Assembly: GCF_006345805.1 (NCBI RefSeq)
Contig: NC_042997.1
Location: forward strand, 151,714,001-151,778,000
DNA from: Octopus sinensis
Lineage: Eukaryota
Length of the DNA: 64,000 nucleotides
Reading direction: 5' to 3'
Shown here: positions 48,338 to 61,449 of the stretch, piece by piece
Position numbering within the stretch: the first letter of the stretch is position 1
How the letters are laid out: the number at the start of each line of letters is the position of its first letter
The notes under the pieces: model-generated
What the model was told of the DNA's origin: nothing
Database searches by the model: none
Seen by the model: the letters and a program-made list of their open reading frames with translations, nothing else
Position numbers and translations under genes: made by a program

Positions 48338-48346
<9 letters not shown>
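47733..48346. mobile_element. Young fold-back element (~614 bp): ~118-bp TIRs and internal ~110-bp tandem repeats, in (TA)n
   Basis: 47733-47851 versus 48229-48346: two substitutions and one homopolymer difference. Three internal units begin GGTCTGGA(T/C)GTG and contain TATTAGTATG sub-repeats. Confidence 0.85.
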
Positions 48347-48377
<31 letters not shown>

Positions 48378-48559
48378 TGAATGCAAAAATGGAATCCATT
48401 TTTTTTTTACAATCGCGTCATATATATATATATATATATATTTAAACCCCAAAAAGTTGTTTAAACTCTTAATAGCTATCCAAGTGCACTGAAGATTACA
48501 CAACCCAACAGAAATTTTGTTGTCAGGACTTTTTTTTCCCTGATTTGAAGGTTTTCTTT

Positions 48560-48603
<44 letters not shown>

Positions 48604-48645
48604 TGAATGCAAAAATGGAATCCATTTTTTTTTTACAATCGCGTC
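48221..48645 (+). repeat. Near-identical tandem duplication of ~200 bp (48221-48419 / 48442-48645) joined by (TA)n
   Basis: Non-microsatellite parts match except for homopolymer length. Confidence 0.9.
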
Positions 48646-48849
48646 TAGATTTCAAGATACCCAAATCCTACGGTCATCGATGAAGGATATGAGTGATGTT
48701 TCAGATGGTCAATTTTTTCCTGGGGCATCAAAGTAAATACAACAAATATCCATAGTTTTTTTTAAAATATATATGTGGGACAGCAGAACCATGGGGAAAA
48801 AATAAAGAAACATTGGCTGATCAAATAATTGTCTCAGTGAACATTAGCT

Positions 48850-49420
48850 CCAGAGTCTTTTAATGAGGTTGAAGAGCTTTCAGTTCAACAGGGAAAAAAC
48901 CATCCTGCCTCCGCTCCATATCAAACTTGGCATTATGAAGCACTTTGATAAAGCTCTGGATAAATACCGACGATGTTTTCACTATATCTGCAGCAAATTT
49001 CCGGATCTGGGCAGTGAAAAGATAAAAGCTGAAATATTTGATTGGCCTCATATCACAAAATTGATGAAAGATGGGAAATTTGTAATTTCAATGAATTGCA
49101 GTGAACAAGCAATATGGAATTCATATCTAATAGTTGACTTTCTGGGATGATAAGGAAATAGCCAACTATGCCGAAATAGTCAACAACACACTGGAGAAAT
49201 TTGGGAGCATATATGAGCATAAAGTGGCACTATCTCCAGTGTCACCTTGATGAATTCTCAGAACATCTGTGTGACGTAAATGAATATTTCCTTCAGGCTG
49301 TTAAATCAATAGTTATCAAAGATATCAAGGCTGATAGGACTTGAATATGACAGTGGATTTTTATTGGAACTTGTTTTTTGCGATTTCTGAGATTCAGCAT
49401 TCGCGAAAATCAACCTGGTG
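48850..49420 (+). mobile_element. Decayed CMC/Chapaev3-like transposase C-terminal region
   Basis: ILPPLHIKLGIMKHFDKALDK...CFHYICSKFPDLGSEKIKAEIFDWPHITKLMKD...FLG**; downstream remnants of the SxKxHxLxSHLDxF region. The family name is from my recollection of the LHIKLG motif. Confidence 0.7.
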
Positions 49421-49519
49421 CATGGGAAATTATACATGAACAATGATGCACTTTGTATAAATTTTAAAATTTTTACTAGATATTCTGTAGAATTAAAAAA
49501 AGAAAAACACGATCTGTTT

Positions 49520-49705
49520 TGAAGAAAAAAAACCTCTCGTCTTCCCTTCTTTGGATCTCTCCTTTTCCTAGGTTTCTGACGAAGAGCTCCGCTCGAAGCG
49601 TTAAACCCTCCTTCTTTCCTGAGCGTCCAATAATACTATACTTGTTCCACGTCCTCGCGTTGTTGTGTTTTCTCTTTGTGTTTTCATGTTTGGATTAACT
49701 ATGTA
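49520..49705 (+). mobile_element. ~190-bp element with a hammerhead-ribozyme-like core (subfamily X)
   Basis: CTGACGA (49576-49582), A-GAGC-tcc-GCTC (stem II), GAAGCGTT, then GAGCGTC (stem III' plus GTC). Homologous to the minus strand of 14470-14670. Confidence 0.7.
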
Positions 49706-50001
49706 TATTATACCTTGTTCCTCATAATCTGTTTTATTGGGGGCAAAAAACAAAAAATAATGAAATTCTATGGATCCAAAATATTAACATCTTGACGTGG
49801 TGTTAATGTATGGATGTCAATTTCGGATTATGTGTGACAAAAGCCCTTACTTAAGGTTCAAATTGTTTGATAAAAGAATTTTTGGTGTGTGTATGTGTGG
49901 GGGCTTGTGCTATTAGAAGATTGTGAATTACGATCAGGATATAGGCGCTGAATGTGCGTATGAACGTATATATGCATCTGTGTGTACATAAATATATACA
50001 T

Positions 50002-50202
50002 GATCGTTAGCCCCTAAACGCAATTTTTTTCTCCTTGTTTCTCTCCTTGTTTCTTTTTCTGTGTATCGTTCTGTCGAAAAGCGTAGGCTCGAAACGTAAA
50101 AGTCTTGTTTTATTTCTATTCCTGAGCGCCATACTAATACATTGTTTGTTTGTACTCCACCTGACTTCGTGTTTTGTTTATTTTCGTAAACCTTCCCGTT
50201 AT
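50002..50202 (+). mobile_element. ~200-bp element with a degenerate hammerhead-like core (subfamily Y)
   Basis: CTGTCGA (50071), aaagcgtaggctc, GAAACGT, then CCTGAGCGCCATACTAATAC...CTTCCCGTTATATA. Confidence 0.75.
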
Positions 50203-50313
50203 ATATAAACAGACAAACATATAGATGTGTTTATGTATATATATTTAGAGAGAGCGAGAGAGAGAGAGAGAGACATGCATAAATATATATATAGATATAG
50301 ATATATGTATATG

Positions 50314-50355
<42 letters not shown>

Positions 50356-50580
50356 CTTATATATATACATACATACATACATATATATATACATAAATAT
50401 ATACATATGTATGTATATACGAAAAAGTCTCAATGACTGGAACCGGTACTGAAATGTTCTTTATAAAACTTATTTTAGTATTTTCTATCCTGACTTGTTT
50501 TTTCATATATATCAACTCGTGTGTTCGGTTTCATCCTTATACATATATATAGAGAGACTTAGTAATGTTAATATTTCTAT

Positions 50581-50646
<66 letters not shown>

Positions 50647-52025
50647 TATATATATATGCATGTATGTTTGTGTCTGTGTGCATGCATATGTAGGCATTCA
50701 TATAGGTACATATAAATATCTTCAGAAAGGAAGAAATATATGTTGTTGGATGAAAGTAAGATAATGTCCTTGATCTGTAGATAGATACGTACAAAACTCA
50801 GCGTATGAAAGATATTTCTCTTCGCTTAGAAACGAAATACTTCATTACATCATCCTGTTTTTATTGCTAATGCATCTGTGTGTTGTACTAATCTTTATTC
50901 TGAAACATATAATAGCGTTACTTGCATTGTGTGTGATTCTCAATATACAGTAGATAGCTGCATCTGTATTTCTTTAAAGTCAATATTTTAAATTACCGTT
51001 AGTTAAATTCATAGAAATATTCGTAAAAGAAAATTCTAAAAATTGTAAAATACAAATATCGTAAATTTACGTTTATAGCAGTAGTGAAATTAATAATACT
51101 TCCTAATTGAGGTAAAGTAATTGTATAAAATCCATTCAAATAGAACGGCTAATATAAAAATGATATCATATGACTTTCTCAATGACAGTATCATCTTACA
51201 TTTTTTAAGATTTGAAGGTGTGTTTTGGAGTTATAACAAAGGAAATTTTCCTCCTACCCTCCATTCCTTCTCATTTTCTCGCATCTTCATAGCAATTTTC
51301 TCTCTGTAGGCATCCTTCGAATTATCAAGGGGGCTTTTTACAGCTTTTTGCAGCGTGCCCGAGATTAATTTCTATATGACAAAACGAAATTGGCAAATAG
51401 AAAGGGTTTCTCTTTCTTCTGATTAATTCATATAAAAGACCTGGAAGGCTTTCTTATTTCGAAGTTCATAACAAGAAATGTAAAAGACTACAAATGGAGT
51501 TACTTGTTTATACTCTTTAGAGATCTGCATTTTGATATTGGATAGTATCATGAAAATTTGGAATAGCTCCATAAATGAAAACCTAAAAATTGTATATATA
51601 ATTATGTCGCTGCATTCAGGTTCAAACATTGCTCAAAGCGACGATTCTATGAATAAAGCTGATCCTCAACAAAGGCATCCAGCTATGAACATATGACGAC
51701 AAACAAGAATACGCCAGTCAATAGAAAAACCTCCACGCAGCCGCTTAACTTGCAAGAAATAGCAGCCACATTTCCCTCAAAATTCCGTTCAGTTTTTATA
51801 ATAATTAGATATACTGAATAACTCATTCATAGATATAATACAGTTGAACACAATACGGGATGACTACGGTAAGAACATAATGTGCACAGTGAAGATTTGT
51901 CTTAGAAAGCTATAAGCGATCATATTCAGTTACTCAGCAGAAATAAAATAACGTTAAAGTTACGCATTTCACCTGTTAAGGCACAACATCCACTACCTTC
52001 AAGCGCTGCCTTCGTTACTACTCAC

Positions 52026-52217
52026 ATTCAAGGCCACAACTCCACTTGCAGTCCGCTGAAGTCATTCGTCTCTCGACTTTCAGGTCTTCTCAAACAACGC
52101 TTCGACTTTGCCCCTCCTTGGGATGCATATAAATTGTCGTCGTTTAAAATCAATGTGGCTGCATTCTTGTTATGAATCCTGCTACTGGTGATAGCCTCCA
52201 CATCTATATCTACTGAG
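52026..52217 (-). other. Candidate exon (192 nt), coding status unclear
   Basis: Acceptor TAAATAACTTCAG| and donor |GTGAGT (52025). Unique sequence, richer in GC than the flanks. One frame is open to a TGA just before the donor; another frame gives MTSADCKWSCGLE in phase 1. Confidence 0.35.
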
Positions 52218-52242
52218 CTGAAGTTATTTAGTTTCGCTGTAT

Positions 52243-52470
52243 GGCGGCGAGCTGGCAGAAACGTTAGCACGCCGGGCGAAATGCTTAGTGGTATTTCGTT
52301 TGTCGTTACGTTCTGAGTTCAAATTCCGCCGAGGTCGACTTTGCCTTTCATCCTTTCGGGGTCGATAAATTAAGTACCAGTTACGCACTAGGGTCGATGT
52401 AATCGACTTAATCCTTTTGTTTGTCCTTGTTTGTCCACTCTATGTTTAACCCCTTGTGGGTAGTAAAAAA
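52243..52470 (+). mobile_element. SINE family A, full length with TSD
   Basis: Canonical head to tail. TSD GTTATT(T/A)AGTTTCGCT at 52223-52238 and 52473-52488. Confidence 0.93.
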
Positions 52471-52592
52471 CCGTTATTAAGTTTCGCTTTCAAGCCAACC
52501 ATAGATTACGTACATTTATACATACTAATCTGAATTTAGTCAGACTAAAAGAATAAGGAAAAGGGGGAAGTAATATAAGAGCAGTCACTCAC

Positions 52593-52623
52593 CTTGTTAT
52601 ATAAGGGGTAATCAGCTTTTCTG
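52593..52623 (-). other. Candidate 31/28-nt microexon
   Basis: CTTTTTTATATTTACATCCATGCCAGCAG tandem (NAGNAG) acceptor and a consensus AAG|GTGAGT donor. Confidence 0.35.
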
Positions 52624-53672
52624 CTGGCATGGATGTAAATATAAAAAAGCGATTCTTTAAAATATAAGTATAAACCAACAATATACTCACACAAAAATTA
52701 CAAAAGACAACATATTTAAAATGTGCATGAACTCTCAAATCATAATAAAAACAGCAAAGAAATTCGGAAATGCTGTAATTATATCACTTCTCATACGTAC
52801 ACTTTTGCGGGGAATATGAGCAGCAAACGTATACATATGTATCACAACATTAACTAGATCGAAATAAACCATATAATCAATATACACTACATCAACAGAG
52901 CACAAAGGACAAAACATAATGCAAAATAAACTTATGAAATGAAAACACTTCATCATCTCGTATGACATTTACACTGCTGCTATACAGGAAATGAAATTAT
53001 ACGCCAGACATATAACCCCCTCATATTCTAAATTACACATTGATAATGTATGAGAGATTAACCTAAAGAGAAATCCTCATACGTCAAACCATGCATCCAG
53101 TGCATAGATATTACAGATGACACATAATCATTGATAATCAAAAAGCCCTTTGCAACTAAAAGCATTAAAAATATTCATGTTAGAAACAAATAAACCACAA
53201 GCATAGCAGTGTGGTTATGAACTTGGCTTTTCAACCATGTAGTTCTCAGTTCGATCTCAACGTGCAGCAATTTGGGCAAATGAATTCTAATATGGTCAGG
53301 GCATAAAGAACACCGACTGCGTGAACTTTGATAGACTAAATTGGAACCTAATCCCGTCGGTTTAGACCTTACACACAACCTTCATTATATATATATGTAT
53401 ATATACATACTCACACGCACCACAATTATAAACACATACACACATGCCGTGCACATGTATGTATGTATGTATGTTTGTGTGTGTACACGGTGTAAAAACC
53501 GATGCAGTCCTGTTTCTAGCCTTTCGACAGAAAAAGTCGAGAAAATAAGGATGAAATAAGTTCTGGGACCCCTTTTTAGTCGGAGGCTAATTACTGAAGT
53601 CAATAAGGGAATACCACCTCAAGTTTTTTAATCGTCTTATTAGGCTACAAGAATTCAGCCACAAGAATTTAC

Positions 53673-53710
53673 CATACTCCCATGCACTGGAATTGTAGGA
53701 TATTTTAATA
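53673..53710 (-). other. Candidate 38-nt microexon
   Basis: GTGCTTTCAG| acceptor and ATG|GTAAAT donor; two frames open. Confidence 0.25.
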
Positions 53711-56700
53711 CTGAAAGCACATCCTGAATGTTATCCCAGTATATAAACAAAGGGTGACACAATAACATCACGAATAAAAGTCCTACACAAACACACCCAT
53801 ATATCTCACTATTCTCCCAGCTCTAAATACAATTCCTTTCCAGACATCACTTTCTAATACACGCTGGTAGCAACGCTGAGCAAAACAATACAAAAAGCAT
53901 TCTTACGTTTGTCAGGATAACTAACTATGCAATCATAATATTCACTCTAAGGAAAAAAAAAATAAAACAAGTAGAAACACTTTCCTAAGCTTACAAAGTA
54001 TCCAAGTGGAAGCATTTTCACCCTCAACAAACAAAATCAAGGCTCGTGGAACAACATCTCAATCACTAAAAAGCATTCCATTACATACATTCAACAAAAT
54101 AATTAAAGGCGTTTTTTTGAAACTCTATCCCACAAAACAACATAAACAATGCAACTCCAATTACAATACTAACATAGTACACCTGAAAAAATAGAGATAA
54201 CTTCAAACAAAGCACACTAACAGATGTAAAATTCAAAAGAAAACGTTAACCAGGAAATAACAAAGAAAATATATCATAGAAAAACAGAAAACTAGTAAAC
54301 AACTAAATCCCCTATAACTTACACAAAGCAGTAAAATAATAGGAAAAATAATTAGCAGTAGCATCAACCCCAACAATAGTTAAACCACACCACATCAAAC
54401 GCCACAAAACAACTTAGATCATTTGCACATACTCCAATAAGAAGCAATCGTCCTTCTAACGCTTCCTTTTCAAAACTCAGTCACAAAAACGGAAATCATA
54501 GCATTCGAGCAAACACAAGTACACACACACACACAAGAGCCACGCGCGCGCGCACGCACACAACCACACACACACAAACTCACACAAAGAAGAAAGGCTT
54601 CCATCTACAACCTTTTTGTCCCATCCTTGTAGGGACATTCGAAAATCAATAATACTCCAGACTGGGCTCTTTTTTATTACTGCTATAATAGCCTCTAATT
54701 ACTTGGAGTTGACTGCTTTAGTACAACCAACTCCTCAGCTGTCCAAGAATCTCTATTTCCAGCGACTTCGAGGGCCACCTTCCAGTGGTGTCGGGCGTCA
54801 ACTAAGAGCCCTCGACTACAACAAGACGTCGAAAGTTTTTTTTTTTCAAGGTCTGGGGTCTCCCGCCCTTAAGCCCTAGACCATCACCTAATCACCCTTA
54901 CCCGTCTTGTTGCTTAACGACAACAACAACCCACCCCTCAGGCACCCCAATCCCAAACGTGTTTTCAACTCTTGTCACTCTTGGTGCGTCCAAAAGCTCT
55001 CAGAGACCTGCACTAACCATTATACCCAGTTTTTTCTCCTCAAACTATCAGGTCTCTGGAGTTTTCTCCCAGCCATGTATTTCGTGGCGTTGTTGATCAC
55101 ATTAACGGCTACAAGCGCTCGGGTTTTGTAGAGCCTGCTCTTCATGAGTAAAGCTCTTTCTTCAAAATTTATCAAGTGATGACATGTACGTATAAGCGTT
55201 CTGGCATCTACAGCAAGCATTCATATAGTCTTAATTTAAGATGATATCACATAGACATACACATACGCAGAACGATTTCAACCTTGCATCAGTCGACTTG
55301 ATATCTAGTTAAAAGCAACAAATTTAAATAGCATCTTCTAAATCAGTTCTCTTCCTACTAATCAAATATAGCAAACGATATAATATAGTTGATTATGCCA
55401 ACCATCAAATTCAGCACGAAAAAACATACAACGTGCACACAGGACAAATATAGATAGATCAAAATTACGGTGTCAACCACCTCACATAAAAACAAAACAT
55501 TTTAAGTAAGACCTAACAAATGAAATGTCTTTTAGGTCAAAAATAGCAGGGACTATATCGTACAACAAACAATAACACTCAACAACATTAACATATCAAG
55601 GCCGTGCCCCAGCATGGCCACAGTCTAATGACTGAAACAAGTAAAAGATTAACGATATCGCAGCACAGAAGCTAAATATACAGGTAGCAGCAATTCTACA
55701 TTTACAGTGCTTACATACGAAACATAGAAAGCAAAGCAACGCACAAATATTCTTATGACACACCAGTACATTTGACCCGAACAAAAAGCAGCGTCATTTG
55801 TTCAACACAGTATCTTAGATTCTTAATAGATTATGCCATCCCACCATGATCAATTTCCTATTATATACAAACGATATACTCAGAGCAAGCATTTCATACA
55901 TTTCATTGGTACAGATTATGACCGACATTTTTATTTAACGGAACTCAGTAAGATGATAATTATCCCTGGGAGGTTTAAATATATAAACCGGGAAACATTT
56001 CTTCCGCTAACGTGTCATTGGTATCCTCTAAAACTGCTATCCTCTAATACAACAACAATTCTGTGTTAAATTACAGATATTTTGCAATTGGATAAGAGAA
56101 ATAGAATACTCTACTTGTGAGACTATACCATAGACAATAGAATAATATTCTGACACTTTCTAGAACACATTAACCACTAAATATATCAGATGGATATCAA
56201 CGTATGCCGTCTTCCTTTACAGCAGTAAGGAATTACGTTTAAAAGTACATATAAATTGTGATGATATTACAGAGGTATTTCGACATATATCCAATCAGAT
56301 TTCTCAAACCTTGGCGCACAATTTGAGACTCTGCGAAATATAAAACTGAAATTAACTAAAATTGACCAACTACGCATTTGATTTTGGTCACTTCGGTTTA
56401 CCTCGCCAACATGTGTACTAAATTATCCTTTCCCTAAAAGTGGCGAAAATACCCTGGATATTAGCTTCAAAATAATGAAGAAATCATCCCCAATGTGAAG
56501 GTGAGACATACAATTTTCTATGATAACGTATTAGAATTTACATTATATGGTTGAATAAGAACCTGCAGATCAATATCTCAAAGAAACACTCCAGCTCTGC
56601 CAATACTGAATTTCCATATATAACTCATTAGAATTCAATTAAGGAAGAGATACTTATGTTGAACTGACCCAACGTTATATCCATGCAAATATAGTTATAT

Positions 56701-57029
56701 AGAACTGAAGCAATGTATATCGATAATTCAAACTAGATGCATTAAATATGTCCCTCAGAGAAAAGCCACAGTTCAAAAATACCTTTCCAGAAATGGAAAA
56801 AAAGTTCATGAGATGAAATGCAAAATTCTCGAGTTGATTAAATGAAGAAACCATTTACTGGAATAAAACCAAAAATGTGAATGGTACTCATAGAAATTCA
56901 GAATGAAATAAAATCTTCCCCTGAAATTAAGTGAACAGCAAAAGAAACCAAGAACGAAGAAAGCATAAAGTATAGCTCAAAACTGAGAAACGTGTTTGAA
57001 AAAGAAAGACTTCCAGTACATAACCAATT

Positions 57030-57210
57030 AATGTCCGCTATTTGAAGAAATTCCTCAGTGACTGCAGTCTCACAAAAGGTAATTGAAATACTAGAAGAAT
57101 AGTTAGAAGGCGTATTTACAACCCTAGAGGTACACTTGCAAATAGTTGAAACGGAACGCGTCTTTAACAATGCAAATTTTTACAGCATTTTGCGTAATGA
57201 AGTGATGATA
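57030..57210 (+). mobile_element. Possible decayed hAT transposase C-terminal (dimerisation) remnant
   Basis: LEVHLQIVETERVFNNANFYSILR loosely resembles PPTSVESERAFSxAGxFxTKIR. Weak. Confidence 0.3.
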
Positions 57211-58458
57211 GATGTACCATTCAGCATTGTAAAAATAGCCTTAAATGAGAAAGAGACCTTCATTTTTCCTGAAATTTTTTTTTTAAAACTAGAGCCAAAC
57301 TACCTTACACACATTTTCTAATGTACCTTGTCAAAAAGAAAATACAGAGCAAATACTAAAATGTGCATATTTATCACTCTGATCAGATGTTCGGAAGACC
57401 GTGAAACGACTTATAAGGAAACAGAATTCTCAGAGAGAATCTTATAGGATAATGGATGATCATTGAAGTTAGCCTCATCTCTTTGTTTTGTTTGTTTGTT
57501 TTGGGGGTTGTTTTCGTTTTAGATAATACGCTACAGGGGACACAATTACCGTTTCGTTAGAAAATAGGGAGGTTAGTTAAATGATTGTTGAGGGATTCCT
57601 TACAGAAACATCAATAATTCATTGTTAAATGCTACAGAAGTTTGTCAGCTATTGTTAGAAGGCTAACAACAATACCTGTTGTTAGCCTTCTTATCGATAA
57701 GGATAGTCTCTCTCACTAGATATCCTGGGATTGGCAATAACAAAATTGGAAAGTGTTGTCTTCATAGCAAAGCTGACAAAAGAGATTTTACCTGTATACG
57801 TGTGAAATGATGAACACTTTCAAACATCTATCTATCACAATCTTATCTGGATACGTCGAATTAGAGTCGATTGCAATCCTAGCATGAAAATATGTACAAG
57901 AGATTGGGAATGATAATGAGAAATGATGTATTAATGCATGAACATATTTCTAAATGAGAATAACACGCATACGACAGCCAATAAATGATTCTATAACCGT
58001 TAAGAGCAAACATACGATAAACCTGTTGGTTCTGTGGAATGCACTTTGTTGCCTCATAATGAAAGGGTCAGCACTGAGATATAATACAACAATTGTGCAG
58101 TAAAATGAATGCTTTTGTACATTGGTTAAATACTGGTTGATGTAAGAAGCTTAAAACTCCCTTTCTAGAAGCAACAATGAAAATATCATTAGTATTTACT
58201 GTTTGTTCTTCAAAAGAATGGCACCAAATTTTGAAGTTGAAAGCTATACAGTCACTAATTCCTGTCTGGGTGTTAAAGGTTTGGTTTCTCCAGCAGCTGT
58301 TGTCTTCTTTATGGCAGTCGTACTCAGATTTAAATGTAAAGTAGACGTCAACACTTTCAACTAGCACTTGACCATTCCACTGCGTGAGATTCACTGTAAA
58401 TCGCCATCACAGAAAGAAAGTCGGTAGGAAGATACGAACTTCCGGCATCTGTCAATAC

Positions 58459-58517
58459 CAAACAGAAGACTGAGGCTGCAGTTTCATTGCAAGTGGTCCT
58501 TCAGTATGGTTACGTTC
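58459..58517 (-). other. Candidate 59-nt exon
   Basis: Strong acceptor GGTATTTTTTATTGTTTTCCCAG| and donor TG|GTATTG; one frame open (ERNHTEGPLAMKLQPQSSV). Confidence 0.3.
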
Positions 58518-58583
58518 CTGGGAAAACAATAAAAAATACCATGTATGTGTGCGTTTGTGTGTGTTTACGAATGCGTATGCGCG

Positions 58584-58664
<81 letters not shown>

Positions 58665-60220
58665 TGTGTGTGTTTTGTATGTATATCAGTAAAAGCGATG
58701 GAACATTGAAATGCTGCAATATTTATTCTTGTCCATTCTGACTTAAATTCTGGACTGCTGAAAGCCTTGTCTTTCATTTACTGGTAGAGGAGTCGATAAA
58801 ATAAGTTCAAGTAATTATACTACGGTTGACTCAATAGTCTATACTCCTCGCAGCCAAAAGTGTGATCATAGGAATCAACGTGTCTTTGATTCAGTAACTA
58901 CGATACGACAAATATTTTTATGAAAAATTTCTCATAACCTATAATTGATATTTATGACTGACATTTTTTTTTCTTTTTCTTTTTTTTGCCAACAGCCCCC
59001 CACAGAAAGTTTATTGCTCAAATATTAATAGCGTAACATCAATAGTTTATTACATTTTTTCTTTTGATTTCCTTTCGTTTTATTAATGCATATAGCAGTA
59101 GAAAAATCTGATTTGTATCACGATATGAGAGTTTTTTCCTCTGGTCAAACTACGCAATTAACACTTGACATCTACTTGTTTTCAAAATATTTATAAAGAA
59201 ATACATGCACTTATACATACATGTGTGCATGCATATGTGTGTGTTTGTGTGTGTATGTATGTGTTTGTGCGTGCGTACGTATGGTCGTGTGTAGGTATGT
59301 GTTTAAGAAAATATGCAATTTAACATCTGCCCTGAGTTCAATTGTCTGATAAAAAAATATTTTTTGCTAAATTCTGTCCTGAGAGTTTTATTAAATCTGC
59401 TTAACAACAACACAAACATTTTAATAGACTAATTAATAGAACCAATTTTCTAGCCAATGTTAATTAAAAGTAAATTGCGCAGAACACTATCAACATTTGT
59501 TCAAGTGTTTTCATGGCTTTTAAATTTCTGTAGAATTTTAGTTTTCTTCATCAATAATGTGTTGATGCTGTTGTTGACGTTGTTGTTGTTCTTGTCAGAA
59601 CAAGTGTTGGCTTTATGTTTTCGTCTAGATTACATTGTAGACAAAAGAAACAGAGTAAAAAAAAATCTTTGTTCAGGTCCTGTTTTCTAAACAATAAACG
59701 AAGAGTTTTTTCATCGATTAACTTTTGTTTCAACTAATTAAACAAGCCGTCTAGTTTAATGCAAATAACCGAGTGTATTCTATTGGGAATGGTTAATGTT
59801 GTTAGAATTGTTTCCTTTGTTGCTGTTATTCCTGTTAGTATTACTATTACTGGGATTTCATTCCCAATTTTTTTATTTAACATTTTGTCATTTGATTGTT
59901 ATATTTTGCTAGTTTTTTGATACAGTTACTTTTTAATTGAACTTAATAATATAAAGTGCTGCACATGTGTCCCTCTTCCAGTTATTTTCTATATAATACG
60001 CACACAACTATATCGGATATTTATTTATTTATTTATTTATTATTAGTGTTGTTGTTGTTATTGTGTATTTGGTTTCACGGGCATTGTTTTAAAGATAGGC
60101 TAATTAAATATATTTTTATTCGATATAAAAACAATGAAAAATATTAAAATACGAGGCACTTTTCTCTGGGAAATGTTACGTCACTGAACTAAATAAACAA
60201 ATTCAGAATTGAAGTCACAC

Positions 60221-60264
<44 letters not shown>

Positions 60265-60736
60265 ACGCGAGTAGGTGTTAGCTGATTTCAATCTGCCATG
60301 GTCTCTAAACTAAATACTTGTCGACGCAATCTATAAAAATATTTGCTCAACACACTAAAAGAAACTCTGCCAAATATCCCTTAAATCACATCGCATCTCA
60401 GGTAGGTTGTAGCTTGAGCAGAATTTGGCTTCTTTTTCTAGTAGGTCGTTCGACTACGTAAAGACTCACTGTTTACTTTGTGAAACCACGTTGCTTGTTG
60501 TTTAATCAAGGTTTAATCATGATCGCCTGGACCTGTCTTGTAAAGACGTATCAACTGCCAACGCCCCATAATTTTAATGTATACCAGTGACTGCATTCTT
60601 CAAGGTATCCGTGTATCCTTCTATGTTTAAGAACGTTAGACCTGATCAAAGAAAGTTTGGTGCTCATTATGTAGTTGGAGCCACCATTAAGACACTTCTT
60701 TGCATACTCTTGATAACAGAGATACTCACACGCACA

Positions 60737-60975
60737 TACTCTTTTTACTCGTTTACTTGTTTCAGTCATTTGACTGTGGCCATGCTGGAGCACCGCCTTT
60801 AGTCGAGCAAATCGACCCCAGGACTTATTCTTTGTAAGCCTAGTACTTATTTTATCGGCCTCTTTTGTTAGATGGTGCGAGGATTCCAATCTGCCATGGT
60901 TACGGGGACGTAAACACACCAGGATCGGTTGTCAAGCGATGTTGGGGGGACAAACACAGACACACAGACACACAG

Positions 60976-61007
<32 letters not shown>

Positions 61008-61022
61008 CACACACACACACAC

Positions 61023-61072
<50 letters not shown>

Positions 61073-61274
61073 TACGACGGGCTATATACATAGCATATAC
61101 ATATATACATTGGAAGGGCTTCTTTCAGTTTCCGTCTACCAAATTCACTCACAAGGCTTTGGTCGGCCCGAGGCTATAGTAGAAGACACTTGCCCAAGGT
61201 GCCACGCAGTGGGACTGAACCCGGAACCATGTGGTTCGTAAGTAAGCTACTTACCACACAGCCACTCCTACGCC
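60737..61274 (-). mobile_element. SINE family B, full length
   Basis: Minus strand begins GGCGTAGGAGTGGCTGTGTGGTAAGTAGC, has GGGTTCAGTCCC (B box), an internal (TA)/(TG)n tract, and ends in GTAAAAAGAGTA repeats. Carries a ~31-bp non-family insert at ~60868-60898. Confidence 0.95.
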
Positions 61275-61410
61275 TATAGAATTTACAATTTCGAAATGAT
61301 GTGATTTTTTTTTTTGTGTGTGGGGGGGAAGATCTGTATTTTACTAACAGAGAAGGGAGAGAAAAGGAGAGAGAATGTGTATATATATAGATATGCGCGT
61401 GTGTGTATGT

Positions 61411-61449
<39 letters not shown>

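Noticed and set aside
52026-52065. MTSADCKWSCGLE as the start of a known ion channel
   Set aside because: Only a vague resemblance; no matching downstream exon was found in the window.
55020-55220. 66-aa minus-strand ORF
   Set aside because: Short, with no convincing splice signals or recognisable motif.
58068-58394. 108-aa Cys-containing minus-strand ORF
   Set aside because: Begins at GTG just after an in-frame stop, has no adjacent acceptor and no recognised homology.
59400-60050. Possible third decayed Penelope-like remnant
   Set aside because: Only a faint KFN.KVTVS-like match; too weak to call.
60868-60898. 31-bp insert with a small hairpin inside SINE B
   Set aside because: Too short to interpret and seen once.
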